DNA of 64,000 nt from Octopus vulgaris (Eukaryota): assembly GCA_951406725.2 (NCBI GenBank), contig OX597822.1, positions 36,642,001-36,706,000 of the forward strand, read 5' to 3'. The notes below the pieces were generated by a model. That model made no database searches. It was not told the DNA's origin and worked only from the letters and a program-made list of their open reading frames with translations. Shown here piece after piece: positions 39,230 through 51,750 of this stretch. A program made the position numbers and the translations under genes. The stretch's first letter is position 1. Every line of letters starts with the position of its first letter.

Positions 39230-40020
39230 AGTGAGAGAGCAGTTCATGCCATCAAAGTGACACTGGGGTAAAATATACATCATCATCATCATCATCATCG
39301 TTTAACGTCCGCTTTCCATGCTAGCATGGGTTGGACGGTTCAACTGGGGTCTGGCAAGCCCGAAGGCTACACCAGGCCAGTCAGATCTGGCAGTGTTTCT
39401 ACAGCTGGATACCCTTCCTAACGCCAACCACTCCGAGAGTGTAGTGGGTGAAGCCCAATATAACCATCATGACTACCCGTCTGATAAGGGTACACCATCA
39501 GAGTGTAGTGGGTGAAGCCCAATATAACCATCATGACTACCCGTCTGATAAGGGTACACCAGGCACATGCATCACAACCATATGTGCGCGATATGGTGAT
39601 CTCATATCAAGATAAACAGCACATGACCTTGCAGGTGGGGCCCACTTAGAAATTTCTTCAGGTTGAGTAGCCCATCCCGCTCAAAAGGTCCCTGAATAAG
39701 GGTTGTTTAAGGATGTTGAAAGAACCACCCATGTTTCCAGAGGTGAATTATTCAAACCCCAAAGAATCCCTCTCAACACATGGCTATGATGCTCCCCCAC
39801 TACTTCTGCTCGTGATCAGAGATGCACATATCATCAGCCACTAAGGGACATGCTCAACTGGTTAAGGTCAAACAACTGACAAGCAAATCTGTGGTATTGA
39901 GCAGAATATTTGCTGTAGCCCATCTTTTATACCAAGACAAAACAATGTACATGATAACACTTCCAATCAGTTAAGATCAGAAGCCATGAGAGCCACTGCC
40001 TGGTACTGCATCAGGGCATT
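39230..40020 (-). mobile_element. (TAA)n-bounded non-coding element containing a nested RTE tail (39279-39449) and a ~61-bp tandem duplication
   Basis: Homologous to 556-805; duplication 39438-39498 / 39501-39561. Confidence 0.7.
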
Positions 40021-40040
40021 TATTATTATTACTATTATTA

Positions 40041-40094
<54 letters not shown>

Positions 40095-40831
40095 GTTATT
40101 AGTACTACTATTATTATATAATAATGGTTTAAACTGAAACTGACTTCTTAATGTCCCTCTTCCTTTTCTCTTCCATGCTGTTATTATCATCATCATAATC
40201 ATCACCATCCTCATCATCATCACATGGTGATTTAAGACACAGAGTCCCTACTGCAGAATAAATGCCATCGTAAAGTGTCTAACACACTACAATCTTTACC
40301 AGTGTTTAAAATACAGAATGTTTGAAAATCATTTAAAAATAATTGTTTCCTAAAATGTGTTACAGCAAGAGCATGAGCAAAGGTATCTTAAAGATTTTGA
40401 AATGTCTTGAAAGAAGAACTAATTACAATATGGTATATTTTAGAAGGAATAACAGACTTTGTCTAATCCAAAATGATTTATGTTTTCTTTGCATGGAATA
40501 TAGAGCTAATGTATGCAGTAGAAATAACTCCTCTGTTAAGGATAATAATGTGAATGGATGATAGGTTGTGGGTAAAGGATGGCTGGACATTGCATGGGAC
40601 TGAATAATGCATGGAAAGTGATCAGTTTTTCAAGATAAGGATTGCAATTGTGCTTGTAAGTGTTGAAAAATACCTGTTCCATTGTTATTATAGTCACTTC
40701 TTGTGTCTTCCATCTTTTAGATAGAATGTGGATACCTCAAAGCAATATCCTTCTTTATTCAGGTTGCACAAGTATTACAATTCTGATGTATTGTGAAGTA
40801 GGAAATGAGCTTTAGAGTTTCATTAACAGTG

Positions 40832-41372
40832 ACCTGTTGAGGCAGCTTGCGAAGACCTGTTGAGGCAAGTGAAATTGAAATCGAAATCAAAATCAAATTC
40901 GATGACTGGCATCCGTGCTAGTGGAGTGCTAAGAGTACCATCCGAGCATGATCATTGCCAGAGCAACAAACTGGCTTCTGTGCTGGTGGCATGTAAAAAA
41001 GCACCATTCGAGCGTGACCGTTACCTGCATCACCTTACTGGCACTTGTGCTGGTGGCAAATGAACAAACATTCGAATGAGGTCGTTGCCAGTGCCGCTGA
41101 ACTGGCTCCTGTGCAAGTGGGACATAAAAAGCACCATTTGAGCATGGCCATTGCCAGTACCACCTAACTGGCCCTCGTGCCAGTGGCATGTAAAAGCACC
41201 CACTACACTCTCAGAGTGGTTGGCGTTAGGCAGGGTATCCAGCTGTAGAAACTCTGTCAGATCAGATTGGAGCCTGGTGCAGCCATCTGGTTCGCCAGAC
41301 CTCAGTCAAATCGTCCAACCCATGCTAGCATGGAAAGCGAACGTTAAACGATAATGATGATGATGATGATGA
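40832..41372 (+). mobile_element. RTE-like LINE 3' end
   Basis: Internal ~60-bp repeats and (GAT)n tail. Confidence 0.8.
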
Positions 41373-41696
41373 TAATTGTCTTTAAATTATATTCAAAATA
41401 TACAAAAAATAGTGGACTTCAACATTGTCAATTTATTTGTTTTTCAGGGTTAAGATCCAGTGTTTGTTTAATAAGAATTCTAGTGTCATTATCAACGACT
41501 TCTAATAATCCATTTCATAAAATAATGATATATTTCCAACAAAGATATGTAATACAAGATTGATATGATTTTATGATATAGAAAATTGTTCTAGCTAAGA
41601 AAATGAGGAAGGTATTGTTTTGTTTTGAACAAACTTAATTTTCAAGAAATTATGAATTAATTTTAAAATAACATTTAAAAAATATTAATATTGTAC

Positions 41697-41715
41697 CTGT
41701 TTTATGAGTTTCCAT
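41697..41715 (-). CDS. First coding exon (METHKT plus 1 nt) of the uncharacterised minus-strand gene; full exon 41697-41734
   Basis: Acceptor 'ttttatatttccgtttataccag', ATG in ATCATGG context with an in-frame upstream TGA, donor CAG|gtacaa. Phase 1 matches the 37842 acceptor. Confidence 0.65.
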
Positions 41716-41849
41716 GATTCATCTTAATTTTCACCTGGTATAAACGGAAATATAAAATATAGTTTTAAACCAAAAAAAAAAAATCTAGGTGAAGTATGAA
41801 TGAATGCATTGCACAAATAAAAAAAAATTGATGGGTGTATCGTACATAC

Positions 41850-42200
41850 ATTGGGCATTCTCCTGTCTTGACCAGTTCCTGCATTTCCCATTCACTTGTA
41901 TAAACCATTGACCAGTTTCTTACTCTGAGCAGTTCCTTACACTGGCCAGTCCCCTACATTGCCTATCCATCAGCATTGACAAATTTCTTACTTTACTCAC
42001 TCGTCTGTATTGGTCATTCACCAGGATTGACCATCCCCTTCCACTGCCATTGATCTGAATCAATCACTTACTTCATTAACCACTAACTTGTACTTTACTG
42101 TACTAACCATTTCCCTGTGCTGGCCAACCTTCTGTACTGACCATTCAGCAGCCGAGTCCATTCCTCTGAAGTGACCAGTCCCATGTAAGGTCCAGTCATT
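41850..42200. repeat. Degenerate ~18-bp minisatellite (cattgaccagttccctta-like)
   Basis: Recurrent 'ttgaccag/ctggccag/ttgaccat/ctgaccat' at about 18-nt spacing. Confidence 0.55.
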
Positions 42201-42229
42201 GCTTCCTTTATATTTCTCTTTCATGTATT

Positions 42230-43130
42230 AATCCAAGGATTGGGTTAAATAATTTTTGATCCAAGAAATAGATAGATGAATCCAACTGATGGATTTCTGT
42301 AGAGAAAACATGTGCAAGAAGAAAATTCCAGGGAGTTGTAGTCTGGAGATAAAGGGTTGGAAATTATTTAGGGTGGGGTTTTAGCTGTGAAATTTAGTAA
42401 GGATCTGAAGAAGAGAGGTGGAAAAATTGGGTTGTGTGCAAATAATTATTTCAGAGGAACAGAAACCATTATAGCAGCAGTAGAAAGAACAGACTGTGTG
42501 GAATACAGTATATCAGATGAACTTATTTTGATGTTGTTTATAATGTTTGTGAGTGTGTGTGCAGTAGTTGCCTTATTCTAGACATGTGAGCAGTGCTGTA
42601 ATGCAGAGTAAATTTGTAATGGTTCAGTAGCTGTAAATAGCTGAAGTAGTTTCTCACTTTAGGCAAGTTCCACCTTTGAGATACAACTGTTGTCATAAGT
42701 GGTTAACAGAGTTTCTGAAGTACTTGCCGTAACTGCAGTGGTTTTAGTTTTCTGTTGCCTATCAGTAGAGAGAGGATGTTCTATTATAAGTGTGCTTTCT
42801 GATAAGTACAATGACTGTTTTGATGTTGTTGAGAGTGATTAGGTTGTGATGTTTCAGTTTGAGGATATTTTTAATGCCTTTGTTTTTAAAAGCAGTGCAT
42901 ATCTGACATGACATGTCTAGCTTACATTTAGATAATGGCTGTTTGTAGAAGATTATCGAGGAATGAATGGCATTGTCATCTGCACAGGAATATATTGATT
43001 AGATGTGCCAACAGGTTGATCATTAATGAAGAAAAAAGAAGTGCATGCAAGAATATAATCAAGCCTTTAAGATACACAAAAATTATCAAAGAGATGACAT
43101 TGATATACAATGGAAAGGTTGACAAGAACC
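42230..43130 (-). mobile_element. Old LINE reverse-transcriptase remnant (Jockey/CR1-like)
   Basis: Minus-strand LLFFFINDQP..SCADD (INDL..YADD motif) and RNYFSYLQLLNHYK..HCSHV. Confidence 0.55.
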
Positions 43131-44639
43131 TTCTAATTCAAAAGATATGAGTTAAAGTGGAACCCAGACTTTGGATGCTTTGTTAAGAAGGTTTTACTCA
43201 AGACACAACAGAAAAGGCAACAACATTGCTTTCAATAAAGTTCTCATGGTTCAAAGATCATTGGGATACAAAATATTAAATCCCCAAAAGATTTGACTCT
43301 ACAAAAAAATAGAATGGTGGTTAGTGAGAAAGGGAAGAAGCTGATGATGGAAAAGATGGTGAACTACTACTTTTATCATTTGTAAAATATTTGATGTGAA
43401 GTGACATGTGGTGGCTGGTAGGGTTGACTAGTAGCAATCAAAAATTTAAATAGTTTTTTTTTTTCAATGTTAAAACAGAAATCCTTTCAAATGGAAAATA
43501 GACAACCAAATGTAGAATGTATGTAAGTTTATCAAAATTTCTCATTTCATTCAAGTTAGCTGTTATGTTCATATTTTTATTGTACAGAAACAAACTGAAT
43601 TAGAGCTTTATGACAGATATAATTTTATTATTCAAACTGCTGACACGTGAGAAATTCCTCGAAGCTGATAATATTTAAAAATCAAAGCATCTTACTATAT
43701 TTTAGAATTGAATCCTTCCAATTCTCCTTCTGATCTGTTGGTTCATTTAAAGACAAATAAATTAATGTAATTCTAAACCAAGATAAAGTGGCTTTCCTAC
43801 AGATAAAATTAACTATTCACATCAACAAACAGTTATTGATGGCCACACTAATGTAATTATTTTTGCTTTATCAATAATGAATATATTCCTCTTACAATAA
43901 CTTGAAAAACCAATATGGAGTTTTCAAATATCCAGTCATCATTAATTCTCCATTACATCTTAAGTACTTTGCAATATCAATGATTAGAAGATGCTAAACT
44001 AGGTTAAATTTGTGATGTTTTATCCATACACAATAGCATATTGTGTTCCACAGTGTATAATGTGCACTGTTTGTTATTAAACATTGGGTCTTATAAGCTT
44101 CCCTATGCATTATAGTGTTATAAGATCGTTTTCCTAATTTTTAAATGTATATCCCAAGATCTTCAATTGAGACATCTACTTACATTTAAAGGTCATGCTT
44201 TCATAATGCATTTTTAGTGAGATTGGCAGCAAGACAGCTGCTGGGTACAAGCAGGTAAATCTGTTTTAGACACTCAGGGGAAGTACCGTAGTTGCCAGGT
44301 GCAAGAGGACAGGTATATTTTAGATACTGTAACCTATAATAATGTAATCTTGTATATTCTGTTTATTCTATTCTATATTCTCATCCAGTTTTACAATAAA
44401 TATACCAATACTGGATTTTTAGCACAAATTCTAGTAAAAAGAAAATAGAAATCTTTAGCTACTGCGCTAATTTACAGGTAAGTACTTCACCTTGAATCAT
44501 ATTCTTCCTGCTGACTTCCACATTCTCTTTTCTTATTGCTCATTGCACTTTTAGCAAAAACAAAAACTCCCAATAGATTCCAAGCAGAAACAACTATCTT
44601 GTCTTACTAGTTATAAGCTATTAGTTATCAAATACACTA

Positions 44640-45440
44640 AAATACTTAGCAATAAAACTGTTGCCAGACATTTTGTACCATCATCTACTGAATATGTCAT
44701 TCAAACATGGAGAAGAGATGAAATAAAATTCAAGACTTTAGGATGAACAAAATGCAATGTTTGAAGTGGAATCGATAAATGGTCAAACTTTGAAGAACGA
44801 GTAAATGCTTAGATTGTTGACTATAGAAATCCTAGGATTAATATGCCAACAATGGAATTTATTATTGATAGAATATTGGGATTTCATAAATTACTCTTAA
44901 AAGACTAGAAAGCAAGAAGATTTAAAAATGGCAAAAATTGAAAGCATGAATGAAATTCCTTTTACTTCTGATGTCACTTCAAACAAAGTCATTGATTTTA
45001 AAAGGTCTAAAACAATTACTATCAAAAGAACTGGACATGAAAAAACCCATTATATTGTCCTTTTAGCTTGAACAAATGATGGCAAAAATTTCCACCTTTC
45101 CTTAAGGTGGAAAAAGAGGAAAACATCTCCAGAGATATTTTTGGATGAACAAGGAATGAAATTTGGGCAGAGAAAGTGTAGATAAGACATCTCAGTGAGA
45201 TGCAAAAGAAGCTATCCTTATTAGTATTAGTTAAATCAGCACTCATATCACCAATTCAACAAAATCACTTTTTCATAATTATAATACCAAAATTGTAGTG
45301 ATTCTTCAGAGTCCTCAGCTCACTGTTGCAACATTTAGATGTGCTGATCAACAAACCCTTCAAAGATTTCATGCATTAAGAGTTTACAAAGTTTATGACT
45401 GCCACAAATGAGAAAGAATTCATCTCAAATCACCAAATGA
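44640..45440 (+). mobile_element. Degenerate pogo-family transposase
   Basis: NKTVARHF..IQTWRR, MNEIPFTSDVTSNKVIDFKRSKTITIKRTGHEKTHYIVLLA and LQHLDVLINKPFK match the pogo DDE motifs (MDExP..TGHEK, LQPLDV.VNKPFK). Confidence 0.8.
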
Positions 45441-45919
45441 AATGTACCAGTCTTGCACACCATTCTTATACTCAACACTTAAATTTTTGACTTGCCTCAC
45501 ATATTCAGCTAATGAAGATAAGTGCCCTAACCTTGGATTTTTAAATAAGTGCACACATGTCTAGATGCAATTCTTATAAACATTGGCTGTACAGCCAATA
45601 TATTCCTTAGTGCATGCTCTACAAGACGTACTGCACAAGATATGAACTGCTGGAATTGTAACCTTAGTTTTCAGTTAGTTTAATTATTTTGTTACCATAT
45701 TTTTCATGAAATACACTGTATTTGTTTCAATTAATTATGAAAATATCTCAGAATTAATGAAAATATCTTTGTCATTAGTAAGCTGGTGTCTGGAATATAA
45801 ATTAGCCTGAAATTTTGATGGAAGGTTTTAAGTTTGATCACTTTAAAATGGAAAATTTGTATCATAATACCAAAGGGCAGATTAGGATGGATTGGTATCA
45901 AATGGGTTTTAAATTTATT

Positions 45920-46200
45920 AGAGTTAGCAATACTGTCAGTTATGTTTGGAGTAATAGAATATACTAATTAAATATTTGCTAGTATTTATGGTGAGGTGAG
46001 AGAAGTAAAGTCAAAGTTTCTGGTTTTTTACCTGGATACTGTGTGGTGGATTATACCATGTGACCTTCCTATTTCTATTTTTCTTACAAAATTGTGTATG
46101 CAATGTAATGAAGGTCACCTTCTGCTAGGGTTCTTCTTATTGCAAGGATCCATGAACTTATGTCAAAAATCAAGCCTCCAGCAGAATAATTAATTCTACA
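45920..46200 (-). mobile_element. Penelope-like element ORF remnant
   Basis: RKNRNRKVTWYNPPHS followed by HHKY*QIFN..YSITPNI, resembling the PLE linker motifs R.R.IIWFNPP.S and HKIFN..SYSCMPN. Confidence 0.55.
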
Positions 46201-46732
46201 TATGTTATAAAGTAAATTTCACTTTAAAATCTCAATTTATGAGAAAAGAAAATACATATCTTATAATTGAAAGATTGTGATTTTGATCTGGCAGGTACTA
46301 CCTAACAACATTTACCACCAGATTATAAATAATTTTTTGATAATCTCTACTTTTATAGAAATATGCCAATAATTATGTAATTCCCTATACATCAAAATAG
46401 TAGATATGATGTTGGATTCACACTCATAAGGTTGTGGTTTCAATTCCCTGACTGGGTTACATGTATTCTTCAGCTAAACACTTTATTTCACATTACTCCA
46501 GTTCGCTCAGCTAAAAATGAGAACTAGTAACAACCACAGTTGAAAAGTGTGATGGACAGGCTTCCCATTCAGTGTGGGTGGAGGCATATTCTTCTCTCGG
46601 CTGCTTAAATACAATAGAAACCAGGATAAGTCTGCCCTAGTGAGCTTGCCCACTCATGACATGCATAAGTCATATATACCTTTTATTATCTGGCACAGTT
46701 GAATCTAGAATTTACTCTACTGAACAATCAAA

Positions 46733-47323
46733 TTGTGGTGTATGCGGGAGATTTGAAGTAAGACACCTACCTTCTCTTCGTTTACGCAGACCTCTCCAGT
46801 GGTAACGACCCAAACGCTAAAAATAGCAGCTGCTTTCCCTCACCTTGTCGAAGTGCTCACATGTCCAGCACTGTCAGCTACCCCGATCAAAAAGGCCCAA
46901 TCATCCCCTGTTTGCGTGTGTGTCACTGCCACGCCCTTCCCCTTCCAGTCAGCTCCCCAGCTGCTGATGTCATCCTACACGCCACCCTGATCTTAAAAAT
47001 CACATTCTCTCTACTCCATGTTGAAGTCCACCATCCAACCAGGAGGGCACCTTGCGCGTCGAGATCTTCTCAGGCTAGGCACCTCGTTCTCCTCCTCTCC
47101 ACAATCGTCTCGAGCCATGTGGAAGGGTGCGTTACCACTGGAGAGGTCTGCATCAACGAAGAGAAGGTAGGTGTCTTACTTCAAATCTCCCACATACAAC
47201 ACAAGCTATTTCGGCTACCCTGATCGAAAAGGCCCAACTGTCCCCTGCCTGCGCACCCGTCACTGCCGCGCCCTTCCCCTTTTGGTTAGAGCCCAGATCC
47301 CAGCTGCTGACATCATCCCACTC
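46733..47323. repeat. GC-rich composite: ~80-bp inverted repeat (46733-46811 / 47125-47204) plus ~105-bp direct repeat (46876-46980 / 47212-47323)
   Basis: Direct alignment by eye. Confidence 0.8.
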
Positions 47324-48094
47324 AAATATCAACCCATATTCAAAATTAATATACAATAAAATATAATTAATTTTAAAGGTAGAATATGAAACACTTACCT
47401 GTTGTATTACACCTTCTACAATATCTACAACATGTGGTGATTGTCAGTTATACTGGTACCTATACTATAATTACAACTGGTTCTCTCATAATAGATTCTT
47501 TAACTTGAAGAATATTATATCTAAGGTCATTGTAACAGTTTCTAATTTAAAGTCATTGTTGTAATTGTTATAGTTGTTGTTGTTTGGCCCCAGATTAGCC
47601 CTGGTCAAGCAGACCTAACATCAAAGCATTCCGCTAATGACCTTCCACTCTTTATTTTTTACACAATGTTTTCTGTATTACATTTATTTAAAATGCTCTT
47701 CCTTTTTATTTAAGGGCAATTTCACTGCTATTTTTAGCTCTTTTCATTATAGTATTAAATATTAGTTAGTGTGAGTCTGGTTGTTGTTGTAATGGAATTG
47801 AAACCACGACCTTATGAATGTAACTCCAACACCACAACTACAATTCTGATGTATAAGGAATTACATAATTATTGGCATATTTCTATAATGAAGAAAAACA
47901 GTGTTAGTGTGTTGGTTGTGGTTGTTTGTGCAGCTGTTATTATAACGATTGCTATAACACTTCATGTGATAGTTCATGTGGCTGTTGTAGTGTGTAGCAC
48001 AGTAGCATGGGTGGGTAGCTTGTTGATGTAATGGTTGGTGCAATAGTTAGTCTAATGGTTGCTGCAGTGTTTGATGTAACGGTTTGTGTGGTGA

Positions 48095-48316
48095 GCTGAC
48101 AGAAACGTTAGCACGCCAGGTGAAATGCTTAGCAGTATTTCGTCTGCGTTACGTTGTGAGTTCAAATTCCACCGAGGTCGACTTTGCCTTTCATCCTTTC
48201 GGGGTCGATAAACTAAGTACCAGTTACGCACTGGGGTCGATGTAATCGACTTAATACCTATGTCTGTCCTTGTTTGTCCACTCTGTGTTTAGCCCCTTGT
48301 GGGTAATAAAGAAATA
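48095..48316 (+). mobile_element. tRNA-derived SINE family D with TSD
   Basis: B box GAGTTCAAATTC; direct repeat GGTTTGTGTGGTGA at 48081-48094 and 48317-48330. Confidence 0.85.
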
Positions 48317-48614
48317 GGTTTGTGTGGTGATTAGTGTAGCATTTTGTTGTGATGGTGATGAGGTCATTAATGAAATAGGTGATGTTGGTGTAATGGTTTT
48401 ATAAATGGAATTATTTAATGTCAGATTGCTTCCTGAAATTACTTTGTCTTATGTTTGTCTCAAATCTTTGTATCATCAACCAACATATTCTTATCTGTTA
48501 TTGTTATATAACTGTCTAGGGTTCTTTCAACTGTACCTGAATATAATCTTGATAGAAATGACATTTATTGCAGACTTTATCATTCTGATTTACCAAAGAT
48601 TGGTAAAACAATAT

Positions 48615-49233
48615 TTTACTAAAGGAATCTTCATATAATTATTTTTCCTATGACCAGAACAAATTTAATACTGCGAACAAATTTGTTTTCTAAACAAATA
48701 AAAGCAATTTTATGAGAGAACATTAATGTTTCAGTGAAGAGTATAATAGATCTCATGGTTAACAAGATCTGTGACTGAGTTTCAAATCCCAGTTGTAACC
48801 ACTTCACTTAATGTTTCTTATTTCTTTATTACCTACAAGGGGCTAAATATAGAGGGGACAAACAAGGACAGACAAAGTGATTAAACTATTACATCGACCC
48901 CAGTGCATAACTGGTACTTAATTTATCGACCCCGAAAGGATGAAAACCAAAGTCGACCTCGACGGAATTTGAACTCAGAACGCAGCGGTGGACGAAATAC
49001 CACAAAGCATTTTGCCTGGCGTGCTAATGTTTCTGCCAACTTGCCACCTTTACTAAAAGAATCTTCATATAATAATTTTTCCTATGACCAGAACAAATTT
49101 AATACTGAGAACAAATTTGTTTTCTAAACAAATAAAAGCAATTTTATGAGGGAATATTAACATTTCAGTGAAGAGTGTAATAGATCTCATGGTTAAAAAT
49201 CTGTGACTGAGTTTTAAATCCCTGTTGTAACCA
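48615..49233. repeat. ~185-bp direct duplication (48615-48801 / 49049-49233) flanking the SINE D copy
   Basis: 'tttactaaa.gaatcttcatataat..cctatgaccagaacaaatttaatactg..gttgtaacca' occurs twice. Confidence 0.9.
48812..49048 (-). mobile_element. SINE family D, inverted relative to the 48095 copy
   Basis: Reverse-complement homology over about 230 bp. Confidence 0.85.
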
Positions 49234-50148
49234 ATTTTTCTACTGTCTTTTAGAAAGGTATGAATGAGGATGTCATCTCATTTTCTTATTCCCAGCTTTG
49301 AAATCAATTTTACACCAACAATTCTCCACTTTCAAGGGGATGCAGCCCAATTAAAATAACAAAAATTTGCTGAAATGTTTTCATTTAGTGAATTTCAAAA
49401 TATATCAAAATTTTACCTTAAAATTATGGTCATATTTTCTTTTCCTGAACAGTTTTGCCAAAGATCATCAAACATTCACTTGCAGTTTTATACATGTATA
49501 TATATGTGTGTATGTTTTGAGTACAAACCATAGCAATAGATGAATATATTAACAAGATCCTAACTGATGAAATATTCAGCTGTTCATCCTATAATCTGTA
49601 TCTTGACCAATCATATCACTGAATTGGGATATTCTGTGTATAAACTTGTGATTCTTCTATGTAACTGTATTTATCTCTCTGTCAGTGTTCACTCATGCTT
49701 ATAAGTGTGGGTGTGTTACGTGATTGTGTGCATTCATTTGAAGGTGTATGTAAGTGTGTGTGAATTTACTGCTGCAATATATTCTACGTTTTCTATTATT
49801 GCACTGTTTGTCCTTAGTGGATCTTTGTCGTGAGTGTAATCTCATCTTCAACCAAACAGCGAGACGAACAAGTCGTTTGGTAGGTTAGTTATTTACACAG
49901 GATATTACAGATGGTTTCCATTGTGGAGCCCACACTAAGAACTGCATTATTATACAACTGACACTATTTGTTTTATTTCAGTGACATGTGAAAAACAGTT
50001 GTTCTACTTCGATTAAAGAGTGTAGTCATGCAAAATCAAAAGAATTTCCTATGAATGATCGATAATTTCTCTCATTATGAACAATCATTACTAAAATATC
50101 ATGTGGAGAATGGAAAATAGCGATGATGAGGAGAAAGACACTAAAGGT

Positions 50149-50192
50149 GATGATGATGATGATGATGATGATGATGGTGGTGATGATGATGG

Positions 50193-50252
<60 letters not shown>

Positions 50253-50325
50253 CAATGATGATGATGATGATGACAATGATGATGATGATGATGATGACGA
50301 CGATGATGATGATGATGATGATGGT
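50149..50325. repeat. (GAT)n microsatellite
   Basis: Direct inspection. Confidence 0.9.
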
Positions 50326-50756
50326 GACCCTCGCACTAATTGTTTGACTAACTTGAGAAACTATTAACTCTCTTTTAACATGTTTTATGTTTGTAGATAA
50401 CCATTAATATAGGCTTGAACGTTTTTTTGGGTTTTTTTGCTATTTTTTACCATTGTCTTCACCAAGCGCTTTAGAAAAATCATCACTTTCCAAAAAATTC
50501 AAGACCTGATTCACTTTTATCCTCGTTAACATCCTTGAACTGCAACTTGTACTTTGGCCAAGTAGAATTCATCAGCAGCCACCAAACTGTTCTCTTCTGT
50601 CAGCAGCACAACCACAGTTTTCAAAGGTCATTAGTCATCAATTTGGCTGACAGGCTCTCTAAATGCCTCAGGTAGTATTTGGCAAGCTGCAGCCATCTAC
50701 TGACTATTTCTCTGGTTCTTAACTTGGGTCCATATAGGATTTTGTTAAAATTTATC

Positions 50757-50985
50757 TGTGTATGTTTGTGTGGCTGTGTTTGTCCCCCAACATTGCTTGA
50801 CAACTGATGCTGGTGCGTTTATGTACCCGTAACTTAGTGGTTCGGCAAAAGAGATCGATAGAATAAGTACTAGGTTTACAAAGAATAAGTCCTGGGGTCG
50901 ATTTGCTTGACTAAAGGCAGTGCTCTAGTATGGCCAGTCACATGACAGAAACGAGGAAAAGAGTAAAGAGTAGAAGAGTAAAGAG
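50757..50985 (+). mobile_element. SINE family A, 3' half
   Basis: Homology to 20400-20610. Confidence 0.8.
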
Positions 50986-51544
50986 AGATCAATCACCCAC
51001 TCACCCTCCACTTCACTATATACACCACCCCGTAACTTGGGTGCATGGCCCCTGCCACCTCCCAGTCACACCGTTACCATCTTTCTGTCTTCTGTCTGTT
51101 TGTCTATCTGAAGTAGCCATGTTTCTCTTCTAATGCAAGATAACTTTTCTGTCCCCCAAGACTACTCTCCCCAGCTGAGGGGGTCTTGTCCTGCAAGTTA
51201 CTTGGTGACCTCACTGCTACCTGTGTCACATAAAAAGCACCCAATACACTCTGTAAAGTGGTTGGCTCTAGGAAGGGCTTTCAGTCACAGAAACCATGCC
51301 ACACATATGGCAGAGCTTAGCACAGTCTTCTGACTTCCCTCATTTTGTCAAACTGCTCTACCCATGCAATTGTGGAAATAAGATGTTAAATGATGATGAT
51401 GATGATGATGGATATCAGTCAGTTTTGATGTTGAATGTTTTGTTGCTTGATCAATCGATCTCTTTGCATATCGACATGAAAGTGGCGGAGTATTCCGCAG
51501 ACATATGTACTCTAAATGTAATCCTCGAGCAAAATCAGTATGAA

Positions 51545-51546
<2 letters not shown>

Positions 51547-51616
<70 letters not shown>

Positions 51617-51750
51617 TGCGTGCGTGTGCGTGTGTGTGCGTGTGCGTGTGTGTGAGTGTGGGTGTGCGCGCGCGCGTGTGTGTGTGTATGTGTGTGTGCG
51701 TGCATGCATGCTTGTGTGTGTGTGTGTATGTTTGTCTGTGTGTGTGTGAG
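51547..51750. repeat. (TG)n/(CG)n microsatellite
   Basis: Direct inspection. Confidence 0.9.

Noticed and set aside
39960-40020. Ribozyme at the 5' end of the TAA-bounded element (CUGAUGC)
   Set aside because: No GAAA half or stem III, and I could not build an HDV-like fold by eye.
44218-44254. Plus-strand micro-exon (AG..CAG|gtaaat)
   Set aside because: Lies just upstream of the pogo relic; no recognisable peptide or partner exons.
50101-50367. Aspein-like acidic biomineral protein
   Set aside because: No signal peptide, near-pure GAT codons, and (GAT)n tracts are ubiquitous here. Kept only as a low-interest finding.
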